Shown here piece after piece: positions 42,970 through 51,234 of a DNA stretch of 60,999 nt (positions are counted from its first letter, which is position 1; the number at the start of each line of letters is the position of its first letter). This stretch comes from Acidimicrobiia bacterium. Lineage in GTDB: Bacteria > Actinomycetota > Acidimicrobiia > Spongiisociales > ZC4RG35. The notes beneath the pieces are model-generated. The model did not search any database and was not told where the DNA came from. It saw nothing but the letters and a program-made list of their open reading frames with translations. The stretch spans positions 1 to 60,999 of the forward strand of contig JAICGW010000001.1 of the NCBI GenBank assembly GCA_025922945.1, read 5' to 3'. The position numbers and the translations under genes were made by a program.

Positions 42970-43796
42970 GGGCGGAGGGCATCGAGCAGTCGCTCGGGCA
43001 CCGAGAGGTTGCCGCGCCCGACTCCCAACTCGATGCCGGGCTTGAACGACCCGTGGTAGTCGCTTCCCCCCGAGGCCAGCAACCCGAACCGGGCAGCCAG
43101 CGCCGCATAGCCCTCCCGTTCGATGGGCGAATAGAGAGGGCAGTAGCACTCCATCGCTCGGAGGCCGGCCGCTTTGAGCCGCCGGAGGGTGGTCGAGACC
43201 TCTTCGGAGTTGTTGAGCCCGAGCGTGTGGGGATGAGCCAGTACCGGCACCCCGCCCGATGCCAGAGAGAGGCCAATGCCCTCTTCGGGCGTGAGCCGCC
43301 AGCGCGGGCGATAAGCCGGTCGTCCCCATCCGAGGTAGAGATCGAAAGCTTCGGCGATCGACTCCACATAGCCCCGGCGCACCATGGCGGCGGCGATGTG
43401 GGGACGTCCCACCGACTCGCCTCCCGCCATAGCCGCCACCTCGTCGGCCCCGACCGGGAGGCCGAGGGATTCCAGCACCTCGAGGATCTCGTGGTTGCGG
43501 GCGTGGCGGGCGGTGCGGATCTCGGCCAGACGATCTTGGAGCGGGCCTCTCCCGGGGACGAGGAAGAGCACCACGAGGTGCATCGCTCCGCCTTCCCAGG
43601 CAAGTGATAGTTCCGTCCCGGGAATGAGCTCGATTCCCGAGCGGCTGGCTTCGGCAAGGGCCGTCTCTACCCCCGATTGGGTGTCGTGGTCGGTGAGGGC
43701 GAGAGTGCGGATGCCCACCGCGGCGGCTCGTTGCACCAGCGCGGCGGGGTCATCCGACCCATCGGATGCGTTGGAGTGGCTATGGAGGTCGATCAA
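42966..43796 (-). CDS. PHP-domain phosphoesterase (TrpH/YciV-like)
   Basis: MIDLHSHSNASDGS and ALTDHDT motifs. Confidence 0.8.
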   Translation of the reverse strand: MIDLHSHSNASDGSDDPAALVQRAAAVGIRTLALTDHDTQSGVETALAEASRSGIELIPGTELSLAWEGGAMHLVVLFLVPGRGPLQDRLAEIRTARHARNHEILEVLESLGLPVGADEVAAMAGGESVGRPHIAAAMVRRGYVESIAEAFDLYLGWGRPAYRPRWRLTPEEGIGLSLASGGVPVLAHPHTLGLNNSEEVSTTLRRLKAAGLRAMECYCPLYSPIEREGYAALAARFGLLASGGSDYHGSFKPGIELGVGRGNLSVPERLLDALRP

Positions 43797-43804
43797 TCAG
43801 AACT

Positions 43805-44566
43805 TCAGTCGGAGAAAGTAACCGACTCGATGTAGATCGTCTCCGAAGGTCGGCTCCTCTCGTTGGATCCGCTGGCGGGTGAGCGGGGAATGGCGACGAT
43901 GGCGTCGATCGTGTCCTGTCCTTCGGCCACCGTCCCGAGGACGGAGAAGGTGTTGGTGAGAACCCGGGCGTCGGGTCCGATCACGATGAAGAAATGGCTG
44001 CCTGCAGTTCCTCCTCCGCTGTTGGACATCGCCACCACGCCCTCGGTGTAGTCGAAATTCTCGCCCGGCGGCTCGTCGGTCAACACATAGCCGGGAGTCC
44101 CGGTTCCGTCGGCGTTGGGATCGCCTCCGTACATGGCGAAATCGTCGATGATCCGGTTGATGACGAGGCCGTCGTAGAAGCCCTCGCGCCCAAGGAACAC
44201 GAATGAATTGACCGTCTCCGGAGCATCCTCGTTGAGGTCGATCACGATCGACCCGCACGACGTGGCAATGGTGGCGGTGGCGGGAAGCGTGCCCTGGTCT
44301 TCGGGCGCCGAGAAGACCTGCGGGCTCCATTCGGGCGGCTGCTCGGCCCCACATGCGGTGGGCTGGCCGCGAAAGCCAGCATAGCCGGGCGCCAGCTGCT
44401 GATCGCTCGGTCCGAGGTTGATCAGGACCAGGATTGCCGCGAGGCCGATCCCGACGGCGATGGCGATGACAATGCGGCGGCGGAATTCACGACGAGTGGC
44501 AGCCTTGCGCTCCTCTTCGCGCTTCTGGAGGCGCTGTTCCTTCTGGCGTTGGCGGCGATCAGTCAT
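43805..44566 (-). CDS. membrane-anchored cyclophilin-type peptidyl-prolyl isomerase
   Basis: N-terminal basic region plus TM segment. Cyclophilin core FYDGLVINRIIDDFAMYGGDP...VFGTV-like. Confidence 0.85.
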   Translation of the reverse strand: MTDRRQRQKEQRLQKREEERKAATRREFRRRIVIAIAVGIGLAAILVLINLGPSDQQLAPGYAGFRGQPTACGAEQPPEWSPQVFSAPEDQGTLPATATIATSCGSIVIDLNEDAPETVNSFVFLGREGFYDGLVINRIIDDFAMYGGDPNADGTGTPGYVLTDEPPGENFDYTEGVVAMSNSGGGTAGSHFFIVIGPDARVLTNTFSVLGTVAEGQDTIDAIVAIPRSPASGSNERSRPSETIYIESVTFSD

Positions 44567-44648
44567 TTGCTGGGTGAACCGGGCCGTAAGCTATTCATTG
44601 CAGCATCCGGTCCCCAAATTCCATCTCTATTGACCCCTCGCGAGGTCT

Positions 44649-45887
44649 TTGTTCGTGTCTCTAATTGTTCAGAAGTTCGGCGGCACCTCGGTCGGCTCTC
44701 CCGACCGGATCAATAGCGTCGCCGATCGGGTTTGCGCTACCACCCGGTCCGGGCACGGCGTGGTGGCGGTGGTGTCCGCCATGGGAGATACCACCGATGA
44801 CCTGATCCAACTGGCCGAGGCGATCACTCCTGATCCTCCCGCTCGGGAGATGGATATGTTGCTCACGGCTGGCGAACGCATCACGATGGCCTTGCTGGCG
44901 ATGGCGATCTCCGCCCGCGGTGTCGAGGCAATGAGCCTTACCGGCTCTCAGGCGGGAATCCTCACCGATGGCACCCACGGAGCAGCTCGCATCCGCGAGA
45001 TCAGGGGAGATCGCATTCAGGAGGGCCTGGCCCGCGGCAAGGTGGTCATCGTGGCCGGTTTTCAAGGGGTCGACCCCACGTCAAAAGAGATCACGACGAT
45101 CGGCCGCGGTGGTTCCGACGCCACCGCGGTGGCCCTGGCGGCGACGCTGGGAGCCGACGTCTGTGAGATCTACACCGACGTCGATGGGGTCTTTGCCGCC
45201 GACCCCCGAGTAGTCCCGGCCGCGGTAAAGCTCGCTGAGATTTCCTACGACGAGATGCTCGAGCTTTCGGCTTCTGGAGCGGGGGTGCTCATGACTCGGG
45301 CCGTCGAGTTCGGGCGCCGATTCAATATCCCGATACATGTTCGCTCGTCGTTCAATGAGAATGCCGGGACTTGGGTCAAGGAGACCACGATGGAGCAAGC
45401 AATCATCTCCGGGATCGCCCACGATCGGTCCGAGGCGAAGCTGACCGTGCGCGGCGTGCCGGACAAACCCGGCGTGGCCGCCGACCTCTTCGAGCCGCTG
45501 GCCGAGGGCGGGGTCAATGTCGACATGATCGTCCAGAACATCGGTCACGACGGCTCCACCGATATCAGCTTCACGGTGCCCAAGGCAGTAGTCACTCACG
45601 CCGCCGAGGTGACCACCAAGGTCTCGCACGAATTGGGGGCGCAGACCGTCGAAGTCGACGAGAACATCGGCAAGGTCTCACTTATTGGCGCGGGGATGAA
45701 ATCCCACCCCGGAGTGGCGGCCCGAGTCTTTCGGGCTCTGGCGGAGGCGGCGATCAACATCGAGATGATCTCGACTTCCACGATTCGCATTTCCTGCATC
45801 GTCCGCGGCGATCAAGTAGATGAGGCGGTGGCCGCCCTTCATCGCGAGTTCCAACCCCCGCTCGTGGCCGAAGAGGTCGGGGCTTGA
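44649..45887 (+). CDS. lysC: aspartate kinase
   Basis: IVQKFGGTSV, two C-terminal ACT domains. TTG 44649 or GTG 44655 start. Confidence 0.9.
   Translation: MFVSLIVQKFGGTSVGSPDRINSVADRVCATTRSGHGVVAVVSAMGDTTDDLIQLAEAITPDPPAREMDMLLTAGERITMALLAMAISARGVEAMSLTGSQAGILTDGTHGAARIREIRGDRIQEGLARGKVVIVAGFQGVDPTSKEITTIGRGGSDATAVALAATLGADVCEIYTDVDGVFAADPRVVPAAVKLAEISYDEMLELSASGAGVLMTRAVEFGRRFNIPIHVRSSFNENAGTWVKETTMEQAIISGIAHDRSEAKLTVRGVPDKPGVAADLFEPLAEGGVNVDMIVQNIGHDGSTDISFTVPKAVVTHAAEVTTKVSHELGAQTVEVDENIGKVSLIGAGMKSHPGVAARVFRALAEAAINIEMISTSTIRISCIVRGDQVDEAVAALHREFQPPLVAEEVGA
45390..45887 (+). CDS. possible nested in-frame aspartokinase beta subunit
   Basis: In-frame ATG 45390 preceded by AAGGAG (7-nt spacer). 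Product starts MEQAIISGIAHDRSEAKLTV, matching the known beta-subunit start of corynebacterial and mycobacterial lysC. Confidence 0.45.
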   Translation: MEQAIISGIAHDRSEAKLTVRGVPDKPGVAADLFEPLAEGGVNVDMIVQNIGHDGSTDISFTVPKAVVTHAAEVTTKVSHELGAQTVEVDENIGKVSLIGAGMKSHPGVAARVFRALAEAAINIEMISTSTIRISCIVRGDQVDEAVAALHREFQPPLVAEEVGA

Positions 45888-46855
45888 GCGATCGCAGGGT
45901 GGCAGTGGTGGGGGCCACCGGCGCGGTGGGCCGGACTCTGCTCTCGGTCTTGGACGAGCGAGACTTTCCCATGGCGGAGCTGCGGCTCATGGCCTCGGCC
46001 CGGTCGGCGGGTTCGGTGGCGACAACCCGCTGGGGCGAGATCGAGATCGAGGATCTCGAGCTGGCCGATCCGGAAGGAGTCGACATCGCCATCTTCTCCG
46101 CTGGCGCCGAGCGCTCCCGCACCCACGCCCCGAGGTTTGCTTCGGCCGGGGCGGTGGTGGTGGACAACAGCTCCGCCTTCCGGAACGATCCGGCGGTACC
46201 GCTGGTGGTGGCCGGCGTTAACGATCATGCCGTTTCCAGCCACCGGGGGATCGTTTCCAATCCCAACTGCACCACCATGGCCCTGATGGTGGCGGCCGGC
46301 CCGCTTCATCGGGCCGCGGGAATCGGGCGCATGGTGGCCACCTCATACCAGTCGGTCTCGGGCTCCGGGCAGAGGGGCATGGACGAATTGAAGAACCAGA
46401 TCGCGGGCCGTCCGGCTACTGATCTCTACGTGCGTCCGATCGCCTACAACGTGATCCCCTATGCGGGTACCGAGACCGACGCGGGTTACACCGACGAGGA
46501 GTGGAAGCTGGTCAACGAGAGCCGCAAGATTCTCGATGCTCCCGGCCTGGCAGTGGAGCCCACCTGCGTCCGGGTGCCAGTGATGGTGGGCCACTCGGTC
46601 GCCGCCACGATGCACTTTTCGCGTCCGGTGCTACTGGAGGAGGCCTTGGGGATCCTTTCCGAAGCTCCCGGCGGGGAGCTCTGGATCGACCGGGTTCCGA
46701 CACCCCTCGATGCCGCGGGGAAGGACACGGTGCTCATCGGTCGGGTTCGTCAAACGCTCGGTGACGAAGGTGGCATCAACCTCTGGGTAGTCGGTGACAA
46801 CTTGCGCAAGGGGGCGGCGCTCAACGCCGTACAAATCGCCGAACTGATCAGCTGA
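45884..46855 (+). CDS. asd: aspartate-semialdehyde dehydrogenase
   Basis: VVGATGAVG and active-site SNPNCTT. TGA/TTG overlap with the lysC end. Confidence 0.9.
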   Translation: MSDRRVAVVGATGAVGRTLLSVLDERDFPMAELRLMASARSAGSVATTRWGEIEIEDLELADPEGVDIAIFSAGAERSRTHAPRFASAGAVVVDNSSAFRNDPAVPLVVAGVNDHAVSSHRGIVSNPNCTTMALMVAAGPLHRAAGIGRMVATSYQSVSGSGQRGMDELKNQIAGRPATDLYVRPIAYNVIPYAGTETDAGYTDEEWKLVNESRKILDAPGLAVEPTCVRVPVMVGHSVAATMHFSRPVLLEEALGILSEAPGGELWIDRVPTPLDAAGKDTVLIGRVRQTLGDEGGINLWVVGDNLRKGAALNAVQIAELIS

Positions 46856-47549
46856 CCGTCGGAAAGTCGAACGTCTGCCAGTCCTCGGGCGGGAGGAAGG
46901 GCGAAGCTCCGAGAAAAAGCGAGATGGTTCCACCGACGCTGAGGATGGGACCAACCCGAAATACGGCAAGAGGGACGGGGGGCGGTGGTGGCGGCGCCGT
47001 GGTCGTTGTAACCACGGGCTGGGTCACAACCGGCTGAGGTGTCGTGGTGGGGGGCGGTGGGGGAGCTGTGGTGGGGGGCGGCGGGGGAGCTGTGGTGGGG
47101 GGCGGCGGGGGAACCGTGGTGGGGGGCGGCGGCGGGGGAGCAACGCTCTGAGTGGGGAGGGTGCAAAACACGATCGCCACCCACAGTCGTCCGGCCGAGT
47201 CTGTAGCTGCTCCGGTCCCCATCGCATTCCACTTCGATTGCTGGATCAGCGACCAGTGCGAAGGGCTATTGGCGAAGGCGTTCATCACCGCGGAGACGTC
47301 GGATCCATACCCGATCACTTCTCCCGCCGCCGAGCACGTACCGAGGAGCGGGCCGAGGTTGGAATGAATCAGGCTCTGACCGCCGGCGATCCGGTTGGCG
47401 GCCGCCTGGGCGAAGCCGTCGACGGTGCCGTCGATTGCCAAATCGGGCGAGCGGACTGAATTGACGGCGGCGCCGAGGTCGTCCGCTCGAGCCGGTAGCG
47501 CCACCAGCAAAACGAGCGCGACCGCGAAATATTTGACTCCGCGTCGCAT
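46848..47549 (-). CDS. secreted CAP/SCP-domain protein with Pro/Thr-rich repeat tail
   Basis: Signal peptide, CAP-like core (NSPSHWSLI...WNAMGTG), then PPPPPTT(V/A) x4. Confidence 0.7.
   Translation of the reverse strand: MRRGVKYFAVALVLLVALPARADDLGAAVNSVRSPDLAIDGTVDGFAQAAANRIAGGQSLIHSNLGPLLGTCSAAGEVIGYGSDVSAVMNAFANSPSHWSLIQQSKWNAMGTGAATDSAGRLWVAIVFCTLPTQSVAPPPPPPTTVPPPPPTTAPPPPPTTAPPPPPTTTPQPVVTQPVVTTTTAPPPPPPVPLAVFRVGPILSVGGTISLFLGASPFLPPEDWQTFDFPTVS
47044..47140. repeat. 24-nt tandem repeat x4 inside the CAP-domain gene
   Basis: gtggtggggggcggYgggggagct units encoding PPPPPTTx on the minus strand. Confidence 0.7.
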
Positions 47550-47657
47550 AGGGGTCGGGCGACCCTAGGTCTTGCGGCCTACCCCGGGCAACTCAGGACG
47601 CCACACTCGGTGGTGGGTCGCGAAAAGCTTCCTTACGGCATCCCGCGCGCAGAGTGT

Positions 47658-48011
47658 CTAGTCAGCGAAGAGGACGCGGCGCAGATCCTGGGCGGTAAAC
47701 GGTTTGAGGACGCTGGCATCGGCTCCGGCCCGCTTGGCAAGGAAAGCATCGGCCGAACGGTCGAGCAGGAGAACCAGCCGGGTGGGTTCGATCTGGCCCA
47801 TGGCGATGGCCTCCCGCAGGCGGCGCACAACTGCCATTCCCCCCATCGACCCCACCTGCATGTCGATGAGCACCACCGATGGAGGATGGTTCTGGGCCGC
47901 TTCCACCACCACTCTGGGATCGGAGTGATGAACGCTCCACTCCGAGCTCGGCAACGCCGCGGCGACGTCATTTCTCACCCAGGCAGAGTCCGCCACCAAC
48001 AGCATTTGCAC
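47658..48011 (-). CDS. single-domain response regulator (receiver only)
   Basis: 117 aa. LLVADS...VVLIDMQVGSMGG...LKPF receiver pattern. Confidence 0.8.
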   Translation of the reverse strand: MQMLLVADSAWVRNDVAAALPSSEWSVHHSDPRVVVEAAQNHPPSVVLIDMQVGSMGGMAVVRRLREAIAMGQIEPTRLVLLLDRSADAFLAKRAGADASVLKPFTAQDLRRVLFAD

Positions 48012-48127
48012 GGCGGTGGAATGTACCTTCTGCGAACCCAGGGTTCACAGATAGGTTCTACCTATCCACCAGCCCACAGAACCCGAGAGGCGAGGGAGAA
48101 GCCTCCACCTAGTATCTGAGGGCCAAT

Positions 48128-48201
48128 CGGGACGTAGCGCAGTTTGGCAGCGCGCAGCGTTCGGGACGCTGAGGTCGCCGGTTCAAATCCGGCCGTCCCG
48201 A
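48128..48201 (+). tRNA. tRNA-Pro (anticodon CGG)
   Basis: Hand-folded cloverleaf. Acceptor CGGGACG/CGTCCCG, D stem GCGC/GCGC, anticodon stem CAGCG/CGCTG with loop TTCGGGA, T arm GCCGG-TTCAAAT-CCGGC. No encoded CCA. Confidence 0.9.
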
Positions 48202-48245
48202 CTCAGATGTGCTCGCGTCCCTGACAATCGAGGACCAGGGCATTT

Positions 48246-49505
48246 TCAGCCGCGCTCGTCGACGAGGAGATAGGTCGTCATCGGACCTATTCCCTTGACA
48301 TCGACCTCTCGCGACATGAATCGATATCGGTCTCCCACGAGCTCCACGGTCGAGGGGGCGAGTTGGATGCGCCCGGGCAGACCCGATGACTCCATCCGGG
48401 ACGCCGTATTCACGGTTTCGCCCCACACATCGAAAAGGATTCGCCGCTGACCGATGACGCCGCCGATCACAGAGCCGCTGGCAACCCCCACACGCAGCTG
48501 CAAGGGCTGGCCCGTGGCGGCTCGCCAAGCGGCCATTTCGGCAATGAACGCTCGCGCCAGCTCGATCGCCGCGTCGGGATGGTCGGGCCGTGGATCGGGC
48601 GCTCCTGCTACCGCCATGAAGGAATCGCCCATCGTCCTGATCTTCTCCAGTCCATGGGCGATAGCCAGGCCGTCGAGCCGGGAGAAGAGGTCATCAAGCA
48701 GTGCCACCACGTGTGCTGGATCGGTACGCCTCGTCCATGGCGTGAAGCCGACAATGTCCGCGAACAGGACCGTCGTCTCCGGGTACGACTCTGCGATGTG
48801 CCGCTCGCCCCGCTTCAGCCGAGCAGCGATTGTGGGAGGGATCGCATTCATCAAGAGCTCGTCGACCCGAGTCTCCGCCTCCCGCCGACGGAGATCGGTG
48901 TAGCGCAGCAACAGGAAGGTGATCGCCAGCGGGATGACTGCGTTCAGGGCATGGCCGAATAGCACGAGTGGATAGGGCGGTGGGTCCACCGCCCGGCGCA
49001 CCAACGGATCGACTGCCACCATCAGGCCGACGCTTCCGAGGAATACGAAGAACCACGCTCTGGCCCGATCCGGCCCGAGCGCCATGATTGCATAGGCCGG
49101 CATGAGAAAGGCCCAAACGAGACCGGAGCTTGACCCGGTGAGTCCCCCGCCGACGGCCGTGGCGAGTGGCACGAAGAGGGCTCCGGCTGCAATCAGGGCG
49201 ACCACGTAGCGGTCGAATCGCCGCGTGCGCGCCAAAACCATCAAGTTGACCGCGCTGAAGGCGGAGAGCCCGAGGGCCAGCGGCCAGCTGAGGGGATGAC
49301 CCTGGGTCTGAATCGGTAGAGAGAGCGGAGCGACGATCGTCACATAGCCGGCGACGACGCCGACCCGCTTGCGCAGGCGTACTGCTTCATCATCGCCTAC
49401 ATCTGCGATCGAGATCAGGCGAAATACGCGGCTTGCCACCTTGCCCGATGGTACGCGTGAAGCCGACCGGCTAGACGCCGTGCGCCCGTCGCTTGGGTCG
49501 TTCAC
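48246..49505 (-). CDS. membrane-anchored class III adenylate/guanylate cyclase
   Basis: About 6 TM segments at the N-terminus. Catalytic domain has VLFADIVGFT, GDSFMAV and VWGETVNTASRMES. Confidence 0.85.
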   Translation of the reverse strand: MNDPSDGRTASSRSASRVPSGKVASRVFRLISIADVGDDEAVRLRKRVGVVAGYVTIVAPLSLPIQTQGHPLSWPLALGLSAFSAVNLMVLARTRRFDRYVVALIAAGALFVPLATAVGGGLTGSSSGLVWAFLMPAYAIMALGPDRARAWFFVFLGSVGLMVAVDPLVRRAVDPPPYPLVLFGHALNAVIPLAITFLLLRYTDLRRREAETRVDELLMNAIPPTIAARLKRGERHIAESYPETTVLFADIVGFTPWTRRTDPAHVVALLDDLFSRLDGLAIAHGLEKIRTMGDSFMAVAGAPDPRPDHPDAAIELARAFIAEMAAWRAATGQPLQLRVGVASGSVIGGVIGQRRILFDVWGETVNTASRMESSGLPGRIQLAPSTVELVGDRYRFMSREVDVKGIGPMTTYLLVDERG

Positions 49506-49519
49506 GCATCACGAGACAA

Positions 49520-50086
49520 TTAGATGTAGGCCAGAAGCGCATCAAGAGGGCGCGGAACCCTTTCGAGGTCGAGGGCTTCCGCCAGCAAGGCTCCATATGT
49601 GATCTTGCGGCCGGAGTGGGTGCCGAGGAAACGTCGCAGTTGGGCCTCGGTGCTTCGCTCTCGTTGGGCCGGCTGGCGTTGGAAGATTCGGAACGAGCCC
49701 ATCTCCCGCTGCGCTTCAATAACTCCTTCGACGGCGCCGGGGCCCAACGAGCGGATCATCTCGTCTTCGAGATCGAGCACACAGACGAAGAAACCCAGGC
49801 TCTCCATCGACTCCCGAGTCAAGTTGGAGCCGATCCCAGCCTGTTCGAGCCCGTGACGGAACTTGCGCTCTTCACCCACATCGCAGAGGCCGGCCAGTCT
49901 GACGTTGTCTCCCTCAGGGCCCAGGCGACGGAGGTAATGACCGATGTTGGTGGCCCCACCCATGGAGACCACCGCGATTCCCTCATTCGCCAAGTTTCGG
50001 CTTCGGCGGAGGGCGAGGACCTCGACGGCGGCCCGATCGCTGGCTCCTTCGACCAGGACGATGGTTTGGGGTGGAACAGGTGACAA
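49520..50086 (-). CDS. stand-alone Toprim (OLD-family-like) domain protein
   Basis: IVLVEGASDRAAV...MGGATNIG...FVCVLDLEDE Toprim acidic motifs. Start placed at TTG 50086, because the upstream part of the track ORF overlaps a better + strand gene. Poor SD. Confidence 0.6.
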   Translation of the reverse strand: MSPVPPQTIVLVEGASDRAAVEVLALRRSRNLANEGIAVVSMGGATNIGHYLRRLGPEGDNVRLAGLCDVGEERKFRHGLEQAGIGSNLTRESMESLGFFVCVLDLEDEMIRSLGPGAVEGVIEAQREMGSFRIFQRQPAQRERSTEAQLRRFLGTHSGRKITYGALLAEALDLERVPRPLDALLAYI

Positions 50087-50162
50087 GGCAGGGGATATTG
50101 GAACAGCTCGCCGATTGAATGCTTCCCCCCGCGGGTAACGAATTGGTGTTGGAAGGAGAGAA

Positions 50163-50438
50163 ATGGCCAGGAAGACCTGGAAACCCCACACCGTCCACGG
50201 CGAGCTTGATACCGACAAGCGCGACGACCTCCCCGACAGCGTTTTCGCCTTCCCGAAGTTGAGGAAGGAGCCACTGACCGATGCCAGCCATGTTCGCAAC
50301 GCACTGGCCCGCTTCGATCAAGTGGAAGATGCCACCGACGAAGAGCGCGAGCAGGCCTTTGCCAATATCAAGGCCGCAGCCGAGCACTACGACGTCGAGG
50401 TCGAGGCTGAGTCCTGGAAGGAGCTCGGCAAGCCGTAA
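50163..50438 (+). CDS. small conserved hypothetical protein (DUF6582-like by recollection)
   Basis: 91 aa. GGAAGGAGAG SD 3 nt upstream of the ATG. LPDSVFAFP...DASHVRNALARFDQ motif. Confidence 0.55.
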   Translation: MARKTWKPHTVHGELDTDKRDDLPDSVFAFPKLRKEPLTDASHVRNALARFDQVEDATDEEREQAFANIKAAAEHYDVEVEAESWKELGKP

Positions 50439-50455
50439 GCGGTTACATTCGAGCG

Positions 50456-51214
50456 ATGGGATTCGCCGTATCGGCCGACGCCTATGACAGGTTCATGGGT
50501 CGTTACTCGGTCCCACTCGCCAGTCGTTTTGCCGACTTTGCCAAGGTCAAGCACGGTCAACGCGCGGCTGACGTCGGTTGTGGCCCAGGAGCTCTCACAG
50601 CCGAGCTAATCAAACGCCTGGGGACCGGAGCGGTGTCGGCGGTCGATCCGTCAGAGCAATTCGTCACCGCCGCCCACCAGCGCTTTCCCGAAGTGGACAT
50701 ACGAAGGGCGAGCGCGGAGGAGCTTCCCTTCGAGGACGGAGTTTTCGATAAGACGCTCGCTCAATTGGTGGTCCATTTCATGGCCGACCCCCGCCAAGGC
50801 CTCGGCGAGATGAAGCGGGTGACACGTGCGGGCGGGACGGTGGGAGCCTGTGTCTGGGACCATGCCGGCGATAAAGGTCCGCTCCACGTCTTCTGGCAGG
50901 CGGCCCGACAGCTCGATCCAGACGTCCCCGATGAATCCGAACTGGCCGGAGCCCGCGAAGGACACTTGGTCGATCTCTTCCGGGAGGTGGGTTTGGCCGA
51001 GGTCGAGGATGACGCTCTCACGGTGGCAGTCGAGCACCCCAGCTTCGACGAATGGTGGGAGCCGTTCACCCTCGGGGTAGGGCCGGCCGGAGCCCACGTC
51101 GTCGGTCTTAGCGCCGAGCATCAAGCGGAACTGCGAGAGCTTTGTCGGCGGAGGCTGGGACCTGCGCCGTTCACCATCTCCGCAACTGCGTGGGCTGCCC
51201 GGGGAAAGGCCTAG
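50456..51214 (+). CDS. class I SAM-dependent methyltransferase
   Basis: DVGCGPGAL motif I; 252 aa. Confidence 0.8.
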   Translation: MGFAVSADAYDRFMGRYSVPLASRFADFAKVKHGQRAADVGCGPGALTAELIKRLGTGAVSAVDPSEQFVTAAHQRFPEVDIRRASAEELPFEDGVFDKTLAQLVVHFMADPRQGLGEMKRVTRAGGTVGACVWDHAGDKGPLHVFWQAARQLDPDVPDESELAGAREGHLVDLFREVGLAEVEDDALTVAVEHPSFDEWWEPFTLGVGPAGAHVVGLSAEHQAELRELCRRRLGPAPFTISATAWAARGKA

Positions 51215-51234
51215 TCCGAATATCATCGCCGGTC

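Noticed and set aside
47550-47657. Possible c-di-AMP (ydaO-type) riboswitch upstream of the secreted CAP-domain gene
   Set aside because: The leader is only about 108 nt, and I could not recognise the conserved pseudo-symmetric motifs by eye.
48202-51214. tRNA-Pro-linked genomic island or a Pycsar/CBASS-like defence system
   Set aside because: There is no integrase or recombinase and no visible duplication of the tRNA 3' end. The cyclase has the ordinary 6-TM actinobacterial class III architecture, and there is no cNMP-sensing effector. I kept it only as a low-interest note on the Toprim-cyclase pairing.
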